The notes under the pieces: generated by a model
What the model was told of the DNA's origin: nothing
Database searches by the model: none
Seen by the model: the letters and a program-made list of their open reading frames with translations, nothing else
DNA from: Eledone cirrhosa
Taxonomy: Eukaryota
DNA length: 64,000 nt
NCBI GenBank assembly: GCA_964016885.1
Contig: OZ024743.1
Coordinates: forward strand, 215,264,001-215,328,000
Direction: 5' to 3'
Made by a program: the position numbers and the translations under genes
In this document: positions 26,643 through 41,240 of the stretch, one piece after another
How the letters are laid out: every line of letters begins with the position of its first letter
How positions within the stretch are numbered: the stretch's first letter is position 1

Positions 26643-27517
26643 CTAGCAGTGGTACCCGGCGTTGCACGGGATAAGGTATTTTGGAAGCCAACAGACCTAA
26701 TTGTGAAAGAACTGCATGCCTGGACAATATGTAAAGAAAATAAACCAAATACTCTGATGGCTGGATAATCTTTAAGATTTTCCTCGATGAAGCAGGAAAA
26801 ATGCAAGTTTTCACCTAGGGGATCAAGAAAATGAATGTTTCTTATGTGCATAATATGCCTTGAAATTTCGGGAAAAATCGGCTAGACGTAACGCCTCCAA
26901 AAAGCCCTAAAAAGCTGGAAAAACAAACCTTTTCACCTAATACGGGCCCTAGGCCATAAAAAGTTGGATTTTCTTTGCTCACGGTATGAAGAAGAGACTG
27001 ACTAATACATAGTTACAATTTCAAAGAAATTGGTCTGACGTAACGCCTCAATAAACCCCTAAAAACATTTAAAAATGCAGCTTTTCACCTATTTCGGGCC
27101 CTAGGAGATCAAAAAGTTGAAACGTAAGTAATACACATGCAAAATTTGAAAAAAATCGGTGGGTACTTCTCGAATTTTAGGGATTCAAACTCACAGACAC
27201 ACACAGAACCCACACACAGACATCGTCATGGAAGTGACGTAATGCAGACAGCCAGACATACAGACATATATTATGAGGGCGCGACGTTATATGCATGTAT
27301 CTATCTAAAAAGAGAAAGACTAGGAATTATAGAGAGAGATCGCTAAATTGCCTAATGTGGTCCCTGAAAATTTAAAATTCTTTTCACGCAGAACACTCCC
27401 AAAAACATAAGTATTACATGTTTAAAGTTTGAAAACAGTCGGTTGCGTGGTTCTCGAGTTTTAGGGATTCAAACTCACACGCACAGAGACAGACATCATC
27501 AGTTTTATATATATAGA
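26643..27517 (-). mobile_element. Non-autonomous Helitron
   Basis: On the minus strand it starts TCTATATATATAAAA (27517) and ends with the hairpin CCCGTGCAACGCCGGG, a short spacer and CTAG followed by T (26643). Confidence 0.8.
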
Positions 27518-27980
27518 CTAGCAGAAAACCGCCCACGTGTGGTTTTCTACTAGTATATATATATATATATTACACACACAGAAATGTATATATATTTCTG
27601 TGTGTATATATATATATATTTCTGTGTGTGTATATATATATTACACACACACACAGAAATGTATATATGTTTCTGTAGCACTCCTCAATTCCCCCCTCTC
27701 TCCCTCCCGCTATCCCCCTCTTGTAGTATGTCTCTTTCTTTCACTCTCACTCACTCTCTACGCGTGCGCAAAAAACATTCGCACGCGCGCACGTGTTTTA
27801 TCATCTATTCACACTCTCTCTCTCCCTCTCTCCCTCCCGCTATCCCCCTCTCGTAGTCTGTCTCTTTCTTTCACTCTCACTCTCTCTCTACGCGTGCGCA
27901 CAAAACATTCGCACGCGCGCACGTGTTTCCACTGTCGGACAGACAGACAGAGAAATTGCCGGTTATATATTATAAGGAGA
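27518..27980 (-). mobile_element. Second non-autonomous Helitron-like unit, head-to-tail with the first
   Basis: The minus-strand 5' end is TC(TC)CTTATAATATATAA..CTGTCTGTCTGTCC. The 3' palindrome at 27518-27553 ends in CTAG. An internal duplication of about 105 bp spans 27692-27798 and 27823-27928. Confidence 0.6.
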
Positions 27981-28064
27981 TTTGATGATGTCTTATCCAT
28001 TGGCGTCGTTCAGTGTCAATCTGGAAAAGGAAGAAATTATTGTGGTAAATATTGAGTGAACTGG

Positions 28065-29385
28065 CTAAGGAAATTTTCTGAACGAAATCATAAAATAAGA
28101 AATACTTACCTTAGCAAATACGTCTACACAGTATTGATTGAGGAGCATCCGTGTTCTATGCAGAATGTTGATGCCGTTTTTGCGAACCATAAGCCTAAAT
28201 GCATAAAATTCCATTTGTGAAATGGTTTTTCGTGGTTGAAGATGCATTAAAGTTACCGGATTACACTTTGTCAAGTCAATGCGGTAGCCATCGTCGCCAA
28301 AGGGGAACAGTAATGGATATTGGAGGGCATCATACGCAGGATGAAGTTCATTTATTTTTTGAAGACGCGAGTCCTGCCATTCAAGAACAATATCACGGTT
28401 TGAAGCACTCTCATTAGGATTTGTTATAAGCACCGCAACTTTATCGGTTTGGGGTCTGTTAAAGCAACCCTGATGCTGCCCTGGTGGAGCGTTGTCACGT
28501 CCAATGACAACCTTGAATTGATTGGTGTTAGCATCTCTACGCTGAAAAGCAGTTTTGAAAATGGTGACGTAGGGGTTTATGGTATGAAGCATATATTGAA
28601 GGGGCTGCATAAGAAAAGGTATTGTTCCTTTAGCAACTGAAGCTCTTAGTGCAGTTTCTTCAGGTCCGTTCCCCATAAAGTAAATCTGGAGAAAACTGTG
28701 TTCATCGCCATCTTGTGGAATAAGGGAGTCAATTTGATGGTAAATTTGGCCTTGCACTTTGAATGTGGACATATAATTTCCATGTTTTATTGGTGTATGA
28801 CCAAATCTTGTCATTTGGAAAGCCGAATTGTAGGCTCTTATATATTTAAGAAAGTGTTTAGAATCAGGGTGGTCTCCAAGCAGCAGAGAATTCAAAGGTT
28901 CGGCACCGACTTGTAAATGAGGCAATCTAACCCTTCCATTCGAGCAGCATATGCCGGTAGATTCTGCTGGCCACCTCATTGCGTTACAATGGACGCAAAC
29001 AGTTGACATGCTACCAATGATGATATGTGGGTGGGATGCGTAGTACTCTTGGAGGCTGTAATGAAAAGCCTTCTTAGATCAGTAACAGGAAGAAACCCTC
29101 GGAAAGACATGAGAGCGCATTTTCTGTTGAGAATCAGCCGCAAGCCTTGTTGCCCTTTGGTCAACAGTCTCTAAAGCACGGCTATTTGAAGTGGAAGCAG
29201 CATCGCAAGCAAGCCGGAGTTCTGCTTGTTCAGTTGTCTGTAATGCTCTGGCGATCGAAGTAGAAGCAGCATAGCGACCACGCCGTAGCATACATTATTC
29301 TTCTGTCTCACTTGCGCGCAAAGAACGCAAAGCAAAAGCATTTCTTATTTTTCTTCCAATGTGACTCTTGCTTTTTCGACGCATT
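28065..29385 (-). pseudogene. Helitron RepHel N-terminal region (charged repeats, zinc finger, pre-Rep domain)
   Basis: CVHCNAMRWPAE..CCSNGRVRLP, IRAYNSAFQMT, FKVQGQIYHQI, LQIYF, YDALQYPLLFPFGDDG, EFYAFRLMVR and QYCVDVFAK. Upstream frames carry ET.EQ...RL repeats. The Rep catalytic motifs and the helicase are absent from the window. Confidence 0.92.
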
Positions 29386-29614
29386 CTATGGAAAATCTGT
29401 AATTGAATATATCTGAAACAAATCAAATTAAAGAAATTTACCTCATTGCTGTTTATGGGAGTTCTAATATTTACAGTTATATATAAATATACCTGTAAAC
29501 ATATGCTTGTATTTATCTATGCATATATGTATATATAAAATATATACATATATAAATATACCTGAAACATATGTATGAATGTATCTATGCATGTATGCAT
29601 ATATATATATATAT

Positions 29615-29800
29615 ATAGGAAAAAAGTATGACCCCGATGGCAGAGCACAAGCCGTTTCGACGGCTATTTCTGAGTCCAGAAATAGCTGTCGAAACGGCTT
29701 GAGCTCTGCCGTCAGGGTAATACTTTTTTCCTATTTCCCACTCTACTACCCTAAGTATTGAGTACTCTGGTACATTATGGTCCATCTGGTTCCTTACCAC
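29615..29800 (+). mobile_element. Foldback PLE-like end carrying a duplicated hammerhead 3' half
   Basis: Palindrome at 29615-29734 with an AGTC loop. The right arm reads CTGTC-GAAA-CGGC-TTGAGCTCT-GCCG-TC-AGGG. Confidence 0.65.
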
Positions 29801-30838
29801 AATTCCTTTGTTATATATATATATGTATTTATCTATGCATGTATGTATATATAAAATATATATATATATATAAATATAACTGTAAACATATGTATGTATT
29901 TATCTATGCATGCATGCATAGATAAAATATTGTCATATTTACAAAAATATTTTTCTAATATCGTGTTTAATGTTTTATATTGTCGTCTGCTTCTCTTCCA
30001 TTTCATCACATGTGGTTACTTACTCTCTCACTCTCTCGTTCTGTCCCCTATCACACATCCTCTTCTTTCTCTCTCTGTTTGCCAGTCCCTTCTCTCACAC
30101 AGCCTTCTCTCTCTCTCTTCCCCTTTTTTCTTTGTCTCTTTCTTTCGGTCGCTGTTTCCCTCCTATAGACATTCTCTCTCTTTCTTTTTATGTCCCTGTC
30201 TCTCTTCTATTCTGAACTTTCTACTTCCTTCTCAAATCATTATCTGTCAACCAGAGACTGATATACTACAGAACCCACTTCAAATGTTCAAAGAAAATAT
30301 CATTACAAACTGAATGATCACCGAGAAGAAATTGTGAAACACAATGCTGTAAATGTTATGTATATGTCGTTAAGGAATTGTCACAACAACTATATTCCGT
30401 GACATCGGCAATCAAATTACTGAGTACAATACTTGTCTACTTGTAGGTTCTAGAAATATTACAGTTCATCAGTGCTAATTAATAAAAGAGTCTTGTAATA
30501 CACAATATACAGCGTCATCTAAAGTGGTTATGTTTCTTTTATAAAAAAATCTCGCATCCTCCTTTAGCAATGTGTAACATTTTAAGAGATCGGGTGAATA
30601 ATACGCAAGTTATAATCATTTACACACGCAGACAGAACGGGACTCGATCTCATCGAAAATCTGTATTTGAATAAATCTGAAACAAATCAAATAAAAGAAA
30701 TTTACCTGGTTGCTGTTTATAGGACTTCTAATGAATATTGTGAATGCAAAGTCCCATAAGGATTAGAAAAATGGCGATATATATATATAAATATAGCTGT
30801 AAACATATATATATGTATTTATCTATGCATGTATGTAT

Positions 30839-30925
<87 letters not shown>

Positions 30926-31154
30926 GTAAACATATGTATGTATTGATCTATGCATGTATGTATATATAAAATATTGTCATATTTACAAAAATAATTTTCT
31001 AGTATAGTGTTTAATATTTTATATTGTCGTATGCTTCTCTTCTCACATGTGGTTACTTACTCTCTCACTCTCCTTTCTCTCTTTTTTTGCCAGTCCCTTC
31101 TCTCACGCAGCCTCTTCTTTCTCTCTCTTTTTGTCAGTTACTTATCTCACACAG

Positions 31155-31194
<40 letters not shown>

Positions 31195-31971
31195 TCCGCT
31201 TCCTTTTTGTCTCTTTCTTTCTGTCGCTGTTTCCCTCCTATAGACATTCTCTCGCTTTATTTTTCTGTCCCTCTCTCTTCTACTCTGCACTTTTACTCCT
31301 TTCTCTTTCTCAATGTACCATGTTTATCGGAGTTATGAGTAAAAACATACACACGTATACGTACAGATATAAATATACATTTATATATTTATTTTAATCT
31401 TTATTGTTTTACTTTATAACACTCCCTACTGACTATTTTTACTGTATTTTCATTTTTTCATTTTTCATATGTATTTTTATTCTTGATTTTTATTATTATA
31501 TATGTATCCATACCTTTGACATTGTGTCTCACTATATCACAAACCCCTTACGCTTGCCCACGCTTTCAAATGTTCATGTCTGTATTTGTGTATATGTATA
31601 TTTGTGTACGTCGCCATATATGCACGTATGTATTTGTGTATATGTATATTTGTGTACATCGCCATATATGTATGCATGTGTGTATATGTATATTTGTGTA
31701 CATCGCCATATATGCATGTATGTGTGTGTGTTTAGCCCTAACGTTTTATTTATATGTATATTATGCTTTTCTATGAGTGTGTTTCTGTGTTTTAGTTTCA
31801 GTTTTTTTGTTTCTTCTCCTTTTGTTTTAGTTTTTGTCTTTATCTCCGTTTCATTTTTATTATTTTTATTTTTATTTTTATTTTTATTTTTATTTTATAT
31901 TTATTTTTGATCATTTTATGTTTGTTTTTATTCATTTATAATTTATATATATTTTTTTGTATAAGGTTATT

Positions 31972-32100
31972 TATTTTTTATTTTTATTTTTATTTTTATT
32001 TTTATTTTTATTTTTATTTTTATTTTTATTTTTATTTTTATTTTTATTTTTATTTTTATTTTTATTTTTATTTTTATTTTTATTTTTATTTTTATTTTAT
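31972..32100. repeat. (TTTTTA)n microsatellite
   Basis: Direct observation. Confidence 0.95.
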
Positions 32101-32715
32101 CTTTAATTTTTATTATATTATTTTACCATTTCATTTTTATATTTTAATGTATGTATATATTCTTATTTATGTGTGCGTATATAGTCGTCTATCAACTACT
32201 ATATACGTATTTTCTTCTACCTTCATTTATGTATACGTGTTTTCAAATGCGTACATACACATATATTTTTTACTATAGACATGCAATTGTATATGTAGAT
32301 TTATCTATGCATGTATGTATATATAAAATATTGTTATATTTCAAAAATATTTTTCTAATATCGTGTTTAATATTTTATATTGTCGTCTGCTTCTCTTACT
32401 TACTGTCTCACTCTCTCTTTCTTTCCCCTCTCACACAGCCTCTTCTTTCTCTCTCGTTTTGCCAGTCCCTTCTCTCACACAGCCTTCTCTCTCTCTTCCC
32501 CTTTTTTCTTTGTCTCTTTATTTCTGTTGCTGTTTCCCTCCTATTGGCATTATCTCTTTCTTTTTCTGTCCCTCTTTTTCTTCTACTCTACACTTTCTAC
32601 CTCCTTCTCTTTCTCAACAGCGTTCCCGCTTTCGGCAGTTCTTTGTTTTAACGCAAAGTCACACAAGGATTAGAAAAATGGCGATTATCACTTTGAAAGT
32701 AACAATTATGCAATA

Positions 32716-33594
<879 letters not shown>

Positions 33595-36500
33595 GGGTGT
33601 CGGTGTGTGAGTTTGTGTGTGTGTATGTATCCATTCATGTATGCATGTGAATGTGTGTATATGTGTTTGTGTGTGTATGAGTGTGTATGTGAATGGGACT
33701 GTGACAGCTTCATTTAAAATATTTTAAATTGGTCTCAATAAATTCAGAATTAATATCATCAGTTACAATTCTACATCAATGTATAAAATGAATTGCTGGT
33801 GGTGGTACCACGACAAATACATTATGCAGAGGTAGAGTGTATATTTTAAAAAGGAGAATGAAGTTTCGTTTAAATGTATTTAGAATTGTATTGTGTATCG
33901 ACGTGTTACGCATGTTTACATAGGATTTAATCAGAGTCACCCAGAGAATATATGGACAAGACTCCATTATCTAAAGAGCAGATCGATAATTAATTCGGGT
34001 CCATAATCTTTATGCGTGACCTTGGGCCAACCATCTACTGATGTGAGCAGATCTGGCCACAACGCCATTTATTGCATTGTTGTGTTTTTCAACGGATTCT
34101 TTGACGAGAAAGCACACACAAACACCAACACAGAAACAGCTATGCATATATGTATATATATATAATTGCAAAAGAAAAGATGTTTATACGTGATTGTTAC
34201 GTTCTAATATCTTGAGAATAAACCTGTCGGAGCCATCCCAAACCACTTCCCGCCAGTTGTTTATTCCAGGTAAGCGTTGGTGATTAGGAATGACGGAGTA
34301 TTCCTTTATTAAATAAGAATAGTTAAGAAGGGAAAATTTCACAATAATTGTTTTATTTCATGATATATATTTTCTTCCGTGGTTATGCATCTGATTTCAT
34401 CGGATGGTTATGCAATCATTGATGTAGTTAAGCCATAGTTGGGATATGTTGCTGGTGATATATCAGCATCGATTTGTGATGCCAGCAGACTAATGGATCT
34501 CATTTCGTATTACCTTCTAGTAGTAGATGTATCAATCCCCTGACGGGTTGAGTTTGTAGGCTCCGAGTAAATTGCCTATATATAATTGTTGACAGGTTTA
34601 CAGCTACATCTAAGCTTGTGGGCTATTACTTCATCCATAATATGAGGTTCTCGTTATCATCATAAGTGTACGAGATTTTAATATCTACCTATTTAGATAT
34701 AGAGAGATTTTAATAATATCTATCTCTCTCTCTCTATATATATATATATGTGTGTGTGTGTGAGTGTGTGTGAGTGTGTGTGTGTATGTGTGAGTGTATT
34801 TGTACGTGTTTGTATATGGGTGTGCGTGTGTCTGTCTGTCTGTTTGTCTTTATCTGTGTGTTAGGGGGTGAAGTCAACAATCGAAGTTAGTTAATACAAA
34901 CCAAAATTATGTATAGGTTCATGCATGTAATATATGAAATTGAAGTGTCTTCAACGAATAGTCTAATTCTATATTTCTCGTTTTCTCTACCTATATTTGT
35001 CGAACATCTAAATGAGAGAACATTTGACTTAAACGAAATAGACTCTACCCCATACAAACATACATTGCGATAAGCGGCGGTAGCATATAGTGAAATGATA
35101 TCTGTATATGCAGAATGAAATGTATTCTGAATACCTAACTCTTCATATAAGCTGACACATCTTTAGTAGTTTGGCTTTTAAATATGCCAAATATTACAAA
35201 TATTACTGTTTTCCGGTAATTCAAAGGAATTATGTATATTTTAAACTGATTTCAACTGTTTTTGGCCTTTTATTTGTAGGCAAGTATATCATCTATCAAA
35301 TACGTAATCGACGATCTCATATACGCTATCACTTGTGAAAATGACAAATTAATTTGCACTATTATTACCGTTCATTTAGATTCGAAGATATATATATTCT
35401 TCTTTGATAAATTTCCAATACATGTAATAGTCTGATGGTTACTTTGGTGTGGCGGTTCTAGGTTGATGTGCTAACGAGAATGTGTGCTGAGGTCACTTGC
35501 CAGAGTAGAAGAGTGGATGTGTGAGTACCTGACTGATAAAATGACAAGTCAGTCAATCATATCGGTGGCCTCCCCACGGTCACGGCGGACAGAATGGAGA
35601 AGATATATATTAAATTGTTCTCCAAGCAAACATTATGAAACATTATATATGTACATATAGAAAATAAACGTAATCGTCTATGAATAATTGAATGTGTTAA
35701 ATAATCGTATCCCTTGTAAAAGGAAAATAAAAATTACATGAATGTATCTAACCGGATTTCAAGCCTAGTTCAGCTTTCCTCAGACAATAGGTATACCACA
35801 TAAAAGCCATACAAGAAACCTAATCGATGGGCTTATATTTATATGAATACTCTTAACCGACAGAGAACAGTACATAATATACATTCTAATTAACTACCCA
35901 CATGACCGTTAATCAAATACAAATTAATACGTACATTAAGCTTTCCTTTCTCCAATTGAGGTTTTTCTAATGTGCCTTGTTTTGTTTTTTAGCAAGTTTC
36001 ATATTCGAACCCTTTGTTAAATTTGATAGGCAATGGTCTATTTTCCTTTATATTTCATATATACTTTGCGTCGTTTCACTATGGTCTAAGCATTGTTATT
36101 GTTTTTGGTTCCTTCTCGGTAGAATATCTGGAATGTTCACTAAATATTTATGCCTGAGTTGATTGGGCTATAATACGGATAGATTTGTCAAAGATATCTA
36201 CTGAATCATATCGCAAGTAAACCAAAATAAATATTTTGCTACATCGATATGTTTAGAAACATATATTTGAGATGATATATATAATTTTTTTTGGGGGGGG
36301 GAAACATACAGCGTATCGAGAGACAATCTTGAATGCTTCATGATTCCACAAGCATCATATGAACATATGAAACATTTCACTAATACTGTTTTTCATCATA
36401 CGAACGACTCTATAGTGTAAGCATTCAAATGTTAAGAAAGACAACATAAAGAATTATGAAATTCCCAACAGTATATGTCTTCAGAAATATTTTGGTCCGG

Positions 36501-36958
36501 TTTAAAAAATATGCAGTGTATGTACTTTTAATCTTTAGTGCCATACAATTGATAATATGTCGATCATATTATTGAATTCTATGAAAGGATAACGTCAACA
36601 GAAACAATAAAATAGAATATATGAAAATGTAGCTACTAGAGAAATTTTGAATATATTTCCATAAAAGACAATCAAATTGTAAGTTACAATTTTGCATGAT
36701 AAATAAAGCAGTTTGTCCTTTATGTATATATCTCGTTTTTGTCAGATATATTAATATCTTCAATCACTCATATAGTTATTACAAACGTGTTGCAAATTGT
36801 AAACACTGAATAAATAAACATATATACAAACACTTCAAACACATGCGCACACTCACGCACTCATACACACACACCCGCACACACACACACGAGCGCGCGC
36901 ACACACACGCACGCACAGACATACACCCATATATATATATATATATTCATTATTATAC

Positions 36959-37138
36959 TGGATTGGCAGTATCGGTATAGGGTCGGACGCCATGCTTTCT
37001 AGCATATTTACTTCCCTTTACGATCTGAGTTCAAATACCGCCGAGGTTGCCTTTGCCTTTCATCCTTACGGGGTCGATAAAATAAAGTACCAGTAATGCA
37101 CTGGGTATTTGCTGGCCTTGTGCCTAACGTAGAAACAA
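36959..37138 (+). mobile_element. Meta-type SINE
   Basis: Family match, with TSD ATTATTATACT. Confidence 0.9.
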
Positions 37139-37536
37139 TTATTATACTTCCGGAGAATCATGCTGACAAAAAAAAAAAACACTTCAATTTAATATTATAA
37201 ATCACCTGTCGGTTAGTTTAATAACCTTTCGGTTGTTTAGTTTTTGATTTTCAAAGCTATTTCGTCACGTATCATGTGACCTTCTAAGTGACTTCTTTCG
37301 TTGTTACATTATGCCTCTAGTCTGCTCTGTTTTACACCATCTTCTTTTTGACATCTCACAAGAGAAAATCCCATATTTCATGCATATATATTATTTTTCA
37401 GCTTTACATATAAGAAAGATCATACATGCATTGTAGTTTCCAACATTTCAAAATTGATTTAACTTGATAGTATATCATTTATATTTACGTTTAATAGACC
37501 GTGGAATACATTGGAATACATAATTATGTCGCGAAG

Positions 37537-37968
37537 GCTGGAGTCAGGGTTCCAGAGCAAGAGAGCAGATATGATTTCATTGCTGGCACGGTGACAGTGG
37601 CCAGCAAATTGAGCTCTCCGGGATTTTAGAAGGGCAGAGGCTCGAGGGAGTTTGCCACAGATTTTAGACAAGGTGGGATGTCGTTTCCAGGATAGGTTTT
37701 GCACTCTCATTAAGAGGCGGGTATATGTGCCATCCAATCTCCTCTCAAGCTCTGATGTTAGTGTCCAAGTTTCGGATCCTTAAAGTAATATGGGCTTAAT
37801 GATTGCTTGGAATATTGCTAGGATTAGGAAGCTGTCATTCCCTGACGTTATCTCTAGGGATACGGGAATCAGTAGACAGGACCTGGGGTCAGCGATGGGG
37901 GACAGGGTATTCTGGGGCATGAGAGTGAGATCCATCATCTCGACAGTAGTCGACGAGTGATGATTATG
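37537..37968. mobile_element. RTE-like LINE 3' fragment with 5' inversion
   Basis: The minus part encodes GSETWTLT..LDGTYTRLLMRVQNLSWKRHPT..FAGHCHR..LLLWNP. The plus part encodes RKLSFPDVISRDTG..AMGDR..W and ends in a (TGA)n-like tail. TSD ATGTCGCGAAG. Confidence 0.85.
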
Positions 37969-38078
37969 ATGTCGCGAAGTGTTATATTTGGTTTAAAATA
38001 AAATGAAATACTTAAAATAACAGTAATATATGACATTACTTAACACAGAGTATAAGGATAAAATAAATGTATGCATAG

Positions 38079-38142
<64 letters not shown>

Positions 38143-38238
38143 TATAAATATAGTAATAATAATAAATTTGAAGAAAAATATCCAAAGAGGGCTCGATAAG
38201 GATAAATATATATCAGATATATAAGAATCGTAGAGCAA

Positions 38239-38565
<327 letters not shown>

Positions 38566-38567
38566 GT

Positions 38568-38939
38568 AAAAGCTAAACAGAAATAACAACACAATCGGTA
38601 CAGTATATGGAAAGTATATATCAGGTTAACACTTGATATAGCAGGAAGAGGGTCTTAACCTTTGGGTCGCTAGTCCTTCATCAGAAGAAAGAATGAGAAA
38701 GAAAATAGATTAAGGGGACGGGAGGGATGGAATTGGAAAAATATCTTTAGATGAAAATAATAGGTCCATTCATGTTGACTTCTCTTGCAAAACTGTTGGT
38801 GTTGGCGTTTTGTGTATGATTTGTTTTTTTAGAAAAGTGGATTATGGCGCGCGTCTACCTGCAATGGAAAAAATAAAAAATGTTTTGTAAAAAGAGCTCT
38901 AATCTAACCCGTGCATAAGCATGTGTGTGTGTGTGCATA

Positions 38940-39004
<65 letters not shown>

Positions 39005-40010
39005 ATAGGTCCGTACGAAGCTAAAAAGAGATATGTGTGTATATGTGAGTAAAAGAGTGTGTGTGCATGTAAGTAGGAAGCTATGAGCAAAAGAGAAAGC
39101 GATAGGAATCTACGGGTGTGATAATGGACGGGGCATTAGTGAAATTGGGGAGGTGAGTTGAGTCCAAGAGGGGAATAGGACCCAAGACGGTAAATCAGAC
39201 TTTGTTCAGTCCTGGTGCGTGAGGCCTGTAATCCATGATGTAAAAGGACATCCAGAATTGAAACATGTAGGGAAGAATGACCAGGAGAACAGAAATGATG
39301 TGCGACAGGAGTATTCAAAGCCAGTCGTATGTCCCTCAAATGTTCGGCAAAACGGTCCACCATACAGCGTCCTGTTTATCCGATATATAAGTACCCGCAA
39401 AGAAAAACCGGAGGGCATAGACAACGTGAGTGAACGTGCAGGTGAAGGAATGGCGGATACGAAAAGACCCGTTAGGGCCTGTAAGAGTGGTGAGGGTGGA
39501 AATAAAGGGACAAGTGTTGCAGCGGGAACGGGGACAAGGATGAGAGCCGGGTGGAGTCGTGGGAGAGGACGAAAAAGAACTACCAACTATGAGGTCGCGG
39601 AGGTTTCGGGCGCGTTTAAAAGCAGTAATGGGTGGGTTTGGAAAAAAGCGAGAAGTGACGGGGTCAGAGGAGAGGATACGGAAGGAACGAAGGATATGTC
39701 GCTGGAGTGGTAGCGTGCTGGGGTGGTAGGTGAGATGGAAAATAACACGGGTGTTGGGAGGGCGGGGTGTGGTGAGAGGGCTGTGGTGCAGTCTGTTTCA
39801 CGGGCGCGGGTGAGAGCAGCGTGGTTAAAGGTGGGGGGATATCCACGCTGGATGAAGCAGGAAGCCATGCGAAGGGAATGGGTTCAGAAATCGTCGTCCT
39901 GGCTACAGAGTTGACGAAGACGGAAGAATTGGGAATAGGCTATGGAGTGGTTAGTGTGGGTTGGATGGGTGGAGGTGAAGTCGAGATAAGATTGGGAGTC
40001 TGTTGGTCTC
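38568..40010 (-). mobile_element. Penelope-like element (Neptune-like), RT thumb plus GIY-YIG, degenerate
   Basis: PTDSQSYLDFTSTHP..SIAYSQFFRLRQLCS, FIQRGYP and RFAEHLRDIR..PVAHHF..EQSLIYRLGSYSPLGLN. A degenerate HHR (TCTT-CTGATGA..AAA-GGTT-AAGA) lies at 38653-38688 on the same strand. Confidence 0.88.
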
Positions 40011-40011
40011 A

Positions 40012-40855
40012 CTTCAGCAAAAAACCTTAAACTCGACTTTCTCCGCTCCCCGCCTACCTTCACCACCCATACTCATATCACCTCCAACCTTAACCCCTCT
40101 ATCCCGTCACCTACCACTGTATCTGCACACGCTTTGCCAAACCACCTTGACCCATCCTCTTCCGCCTCTTTCACTCCCTCACGCCCCTGCACTGTAGTTA
40201 CCATACCCCAGGACCTACCACTCTCCATGTGTGTGTTTGTGTGTTTGTGTGTTTGTGTGTATGTGTGTGTCCATTCCTTTTATTTATAGATACGCTTTAT
40301 CCAGCACCCACACAACCCATGGTTCTTCTAAAAAAATGTGGCATGTTCTCTCTTTCTCCCTGTCTACTTTGTTGCTCTTAACTCTTCCCTTTTCTTTCTT
40401 TCTCTGCCTTTCTCCCTCTCACTTTTACTCTCCATTTCTCTGCTACCTACCCCCACTGCTTCCGCTGTTTCTCTCGCCTGTCTCTTTTTCTCCTACTCTT
40501 GCGGAGGTCAGACCTGTTTTTTTCACGTCCACACCGCCTCGGTCTTAATTCCAGTAGCTGATGTTGACTTTAATCTTTTCTCTCGGTTGCTCATACACAA
40601 TTGCTTTTGGGTTTCCTTCTTCGGTATGTTGTTTTCCGTATTTTTCCGTTTTCTTTTTGTTCTTTTTTTTCCGCTTCTTTTCTTCCTTTTTTCATTTTGT
40701 TATATATATGTTTCTCTCTCTCTCACTCTCTTTTTTCCCCAATAACTTCCTTTAGTTATGATCTCACCGGAGGTAGACATCTTGTCCTTAATGCGTAGAA
40801 ATCTCCAGCTGAAAACTGACGAAGGGAAATTATCCCCCGCCCGTGCTTTCCTCTT
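40012..40855 (+). mobile_element. Probable 3' UTR of another PLE
   Basis: CT-rich tract ending in a degenerate GAAAA-CTGACGA-AGGG-AAATTAT-CCC motif (40811-40850) and (TA)n. Confidence 0.35.
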
Positions 40856-41048
40856 ATATATATACATATATATATATATCTACGTGCGTGTTTGTCTGAT
40901 GGAAGCTAGGACGCTTCCATAGGTTGTATGCCAGTTGATCACTCTATGCTATTACAGAGCAGAGTATGATAGAATAGAAAACGAAAAATCAATGATGCAT
41001 CTGAACTCAATTTATTGTGTGTTACAAGTGTTTCGCCGCCGGCAGCTC

Positions 41049-41240
41049 GAGACGCGAACATTGTGTGGATCTGTCTGATTCTGGACCCGCAAACTCGACG
41101 GACACGTCTAATCATTTCGGAGCATATTCACTCAGTGAGAAAATATGCTCAGAGGGAGAAAATATGCTCCGAAATCATTTGACGTGTCCGTCGAGACTGC
41201 GGGTCCAGAATCAGACAGATCCACACAATGATCGCGTCTC
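41049..41240. repeat. Foldback inverted repeat with arms of about 80 bp
   Basis: 41049-41128 is the reverse complement of 41161-41240 with few mismatches. The spacer duplicates GAGAAAATATGCTC. Confidence 0.9.

Larger units (their letters stand above)
29385..32700 (-). repeat. Three diverged copies of the presumed Helitron upstream region
   Basis: 29385-29520 matches 30655-30830. The CT-rich block at 29880-30235 recurs at 30920-31320 and 32285-32620. Confidence 0.75.

Noticed and set aside
34200-34280. Plus-strand donor CAG|GTAAGC suggesting an exon
   Set aside because: No convincing acceptor and no recognisable protein.
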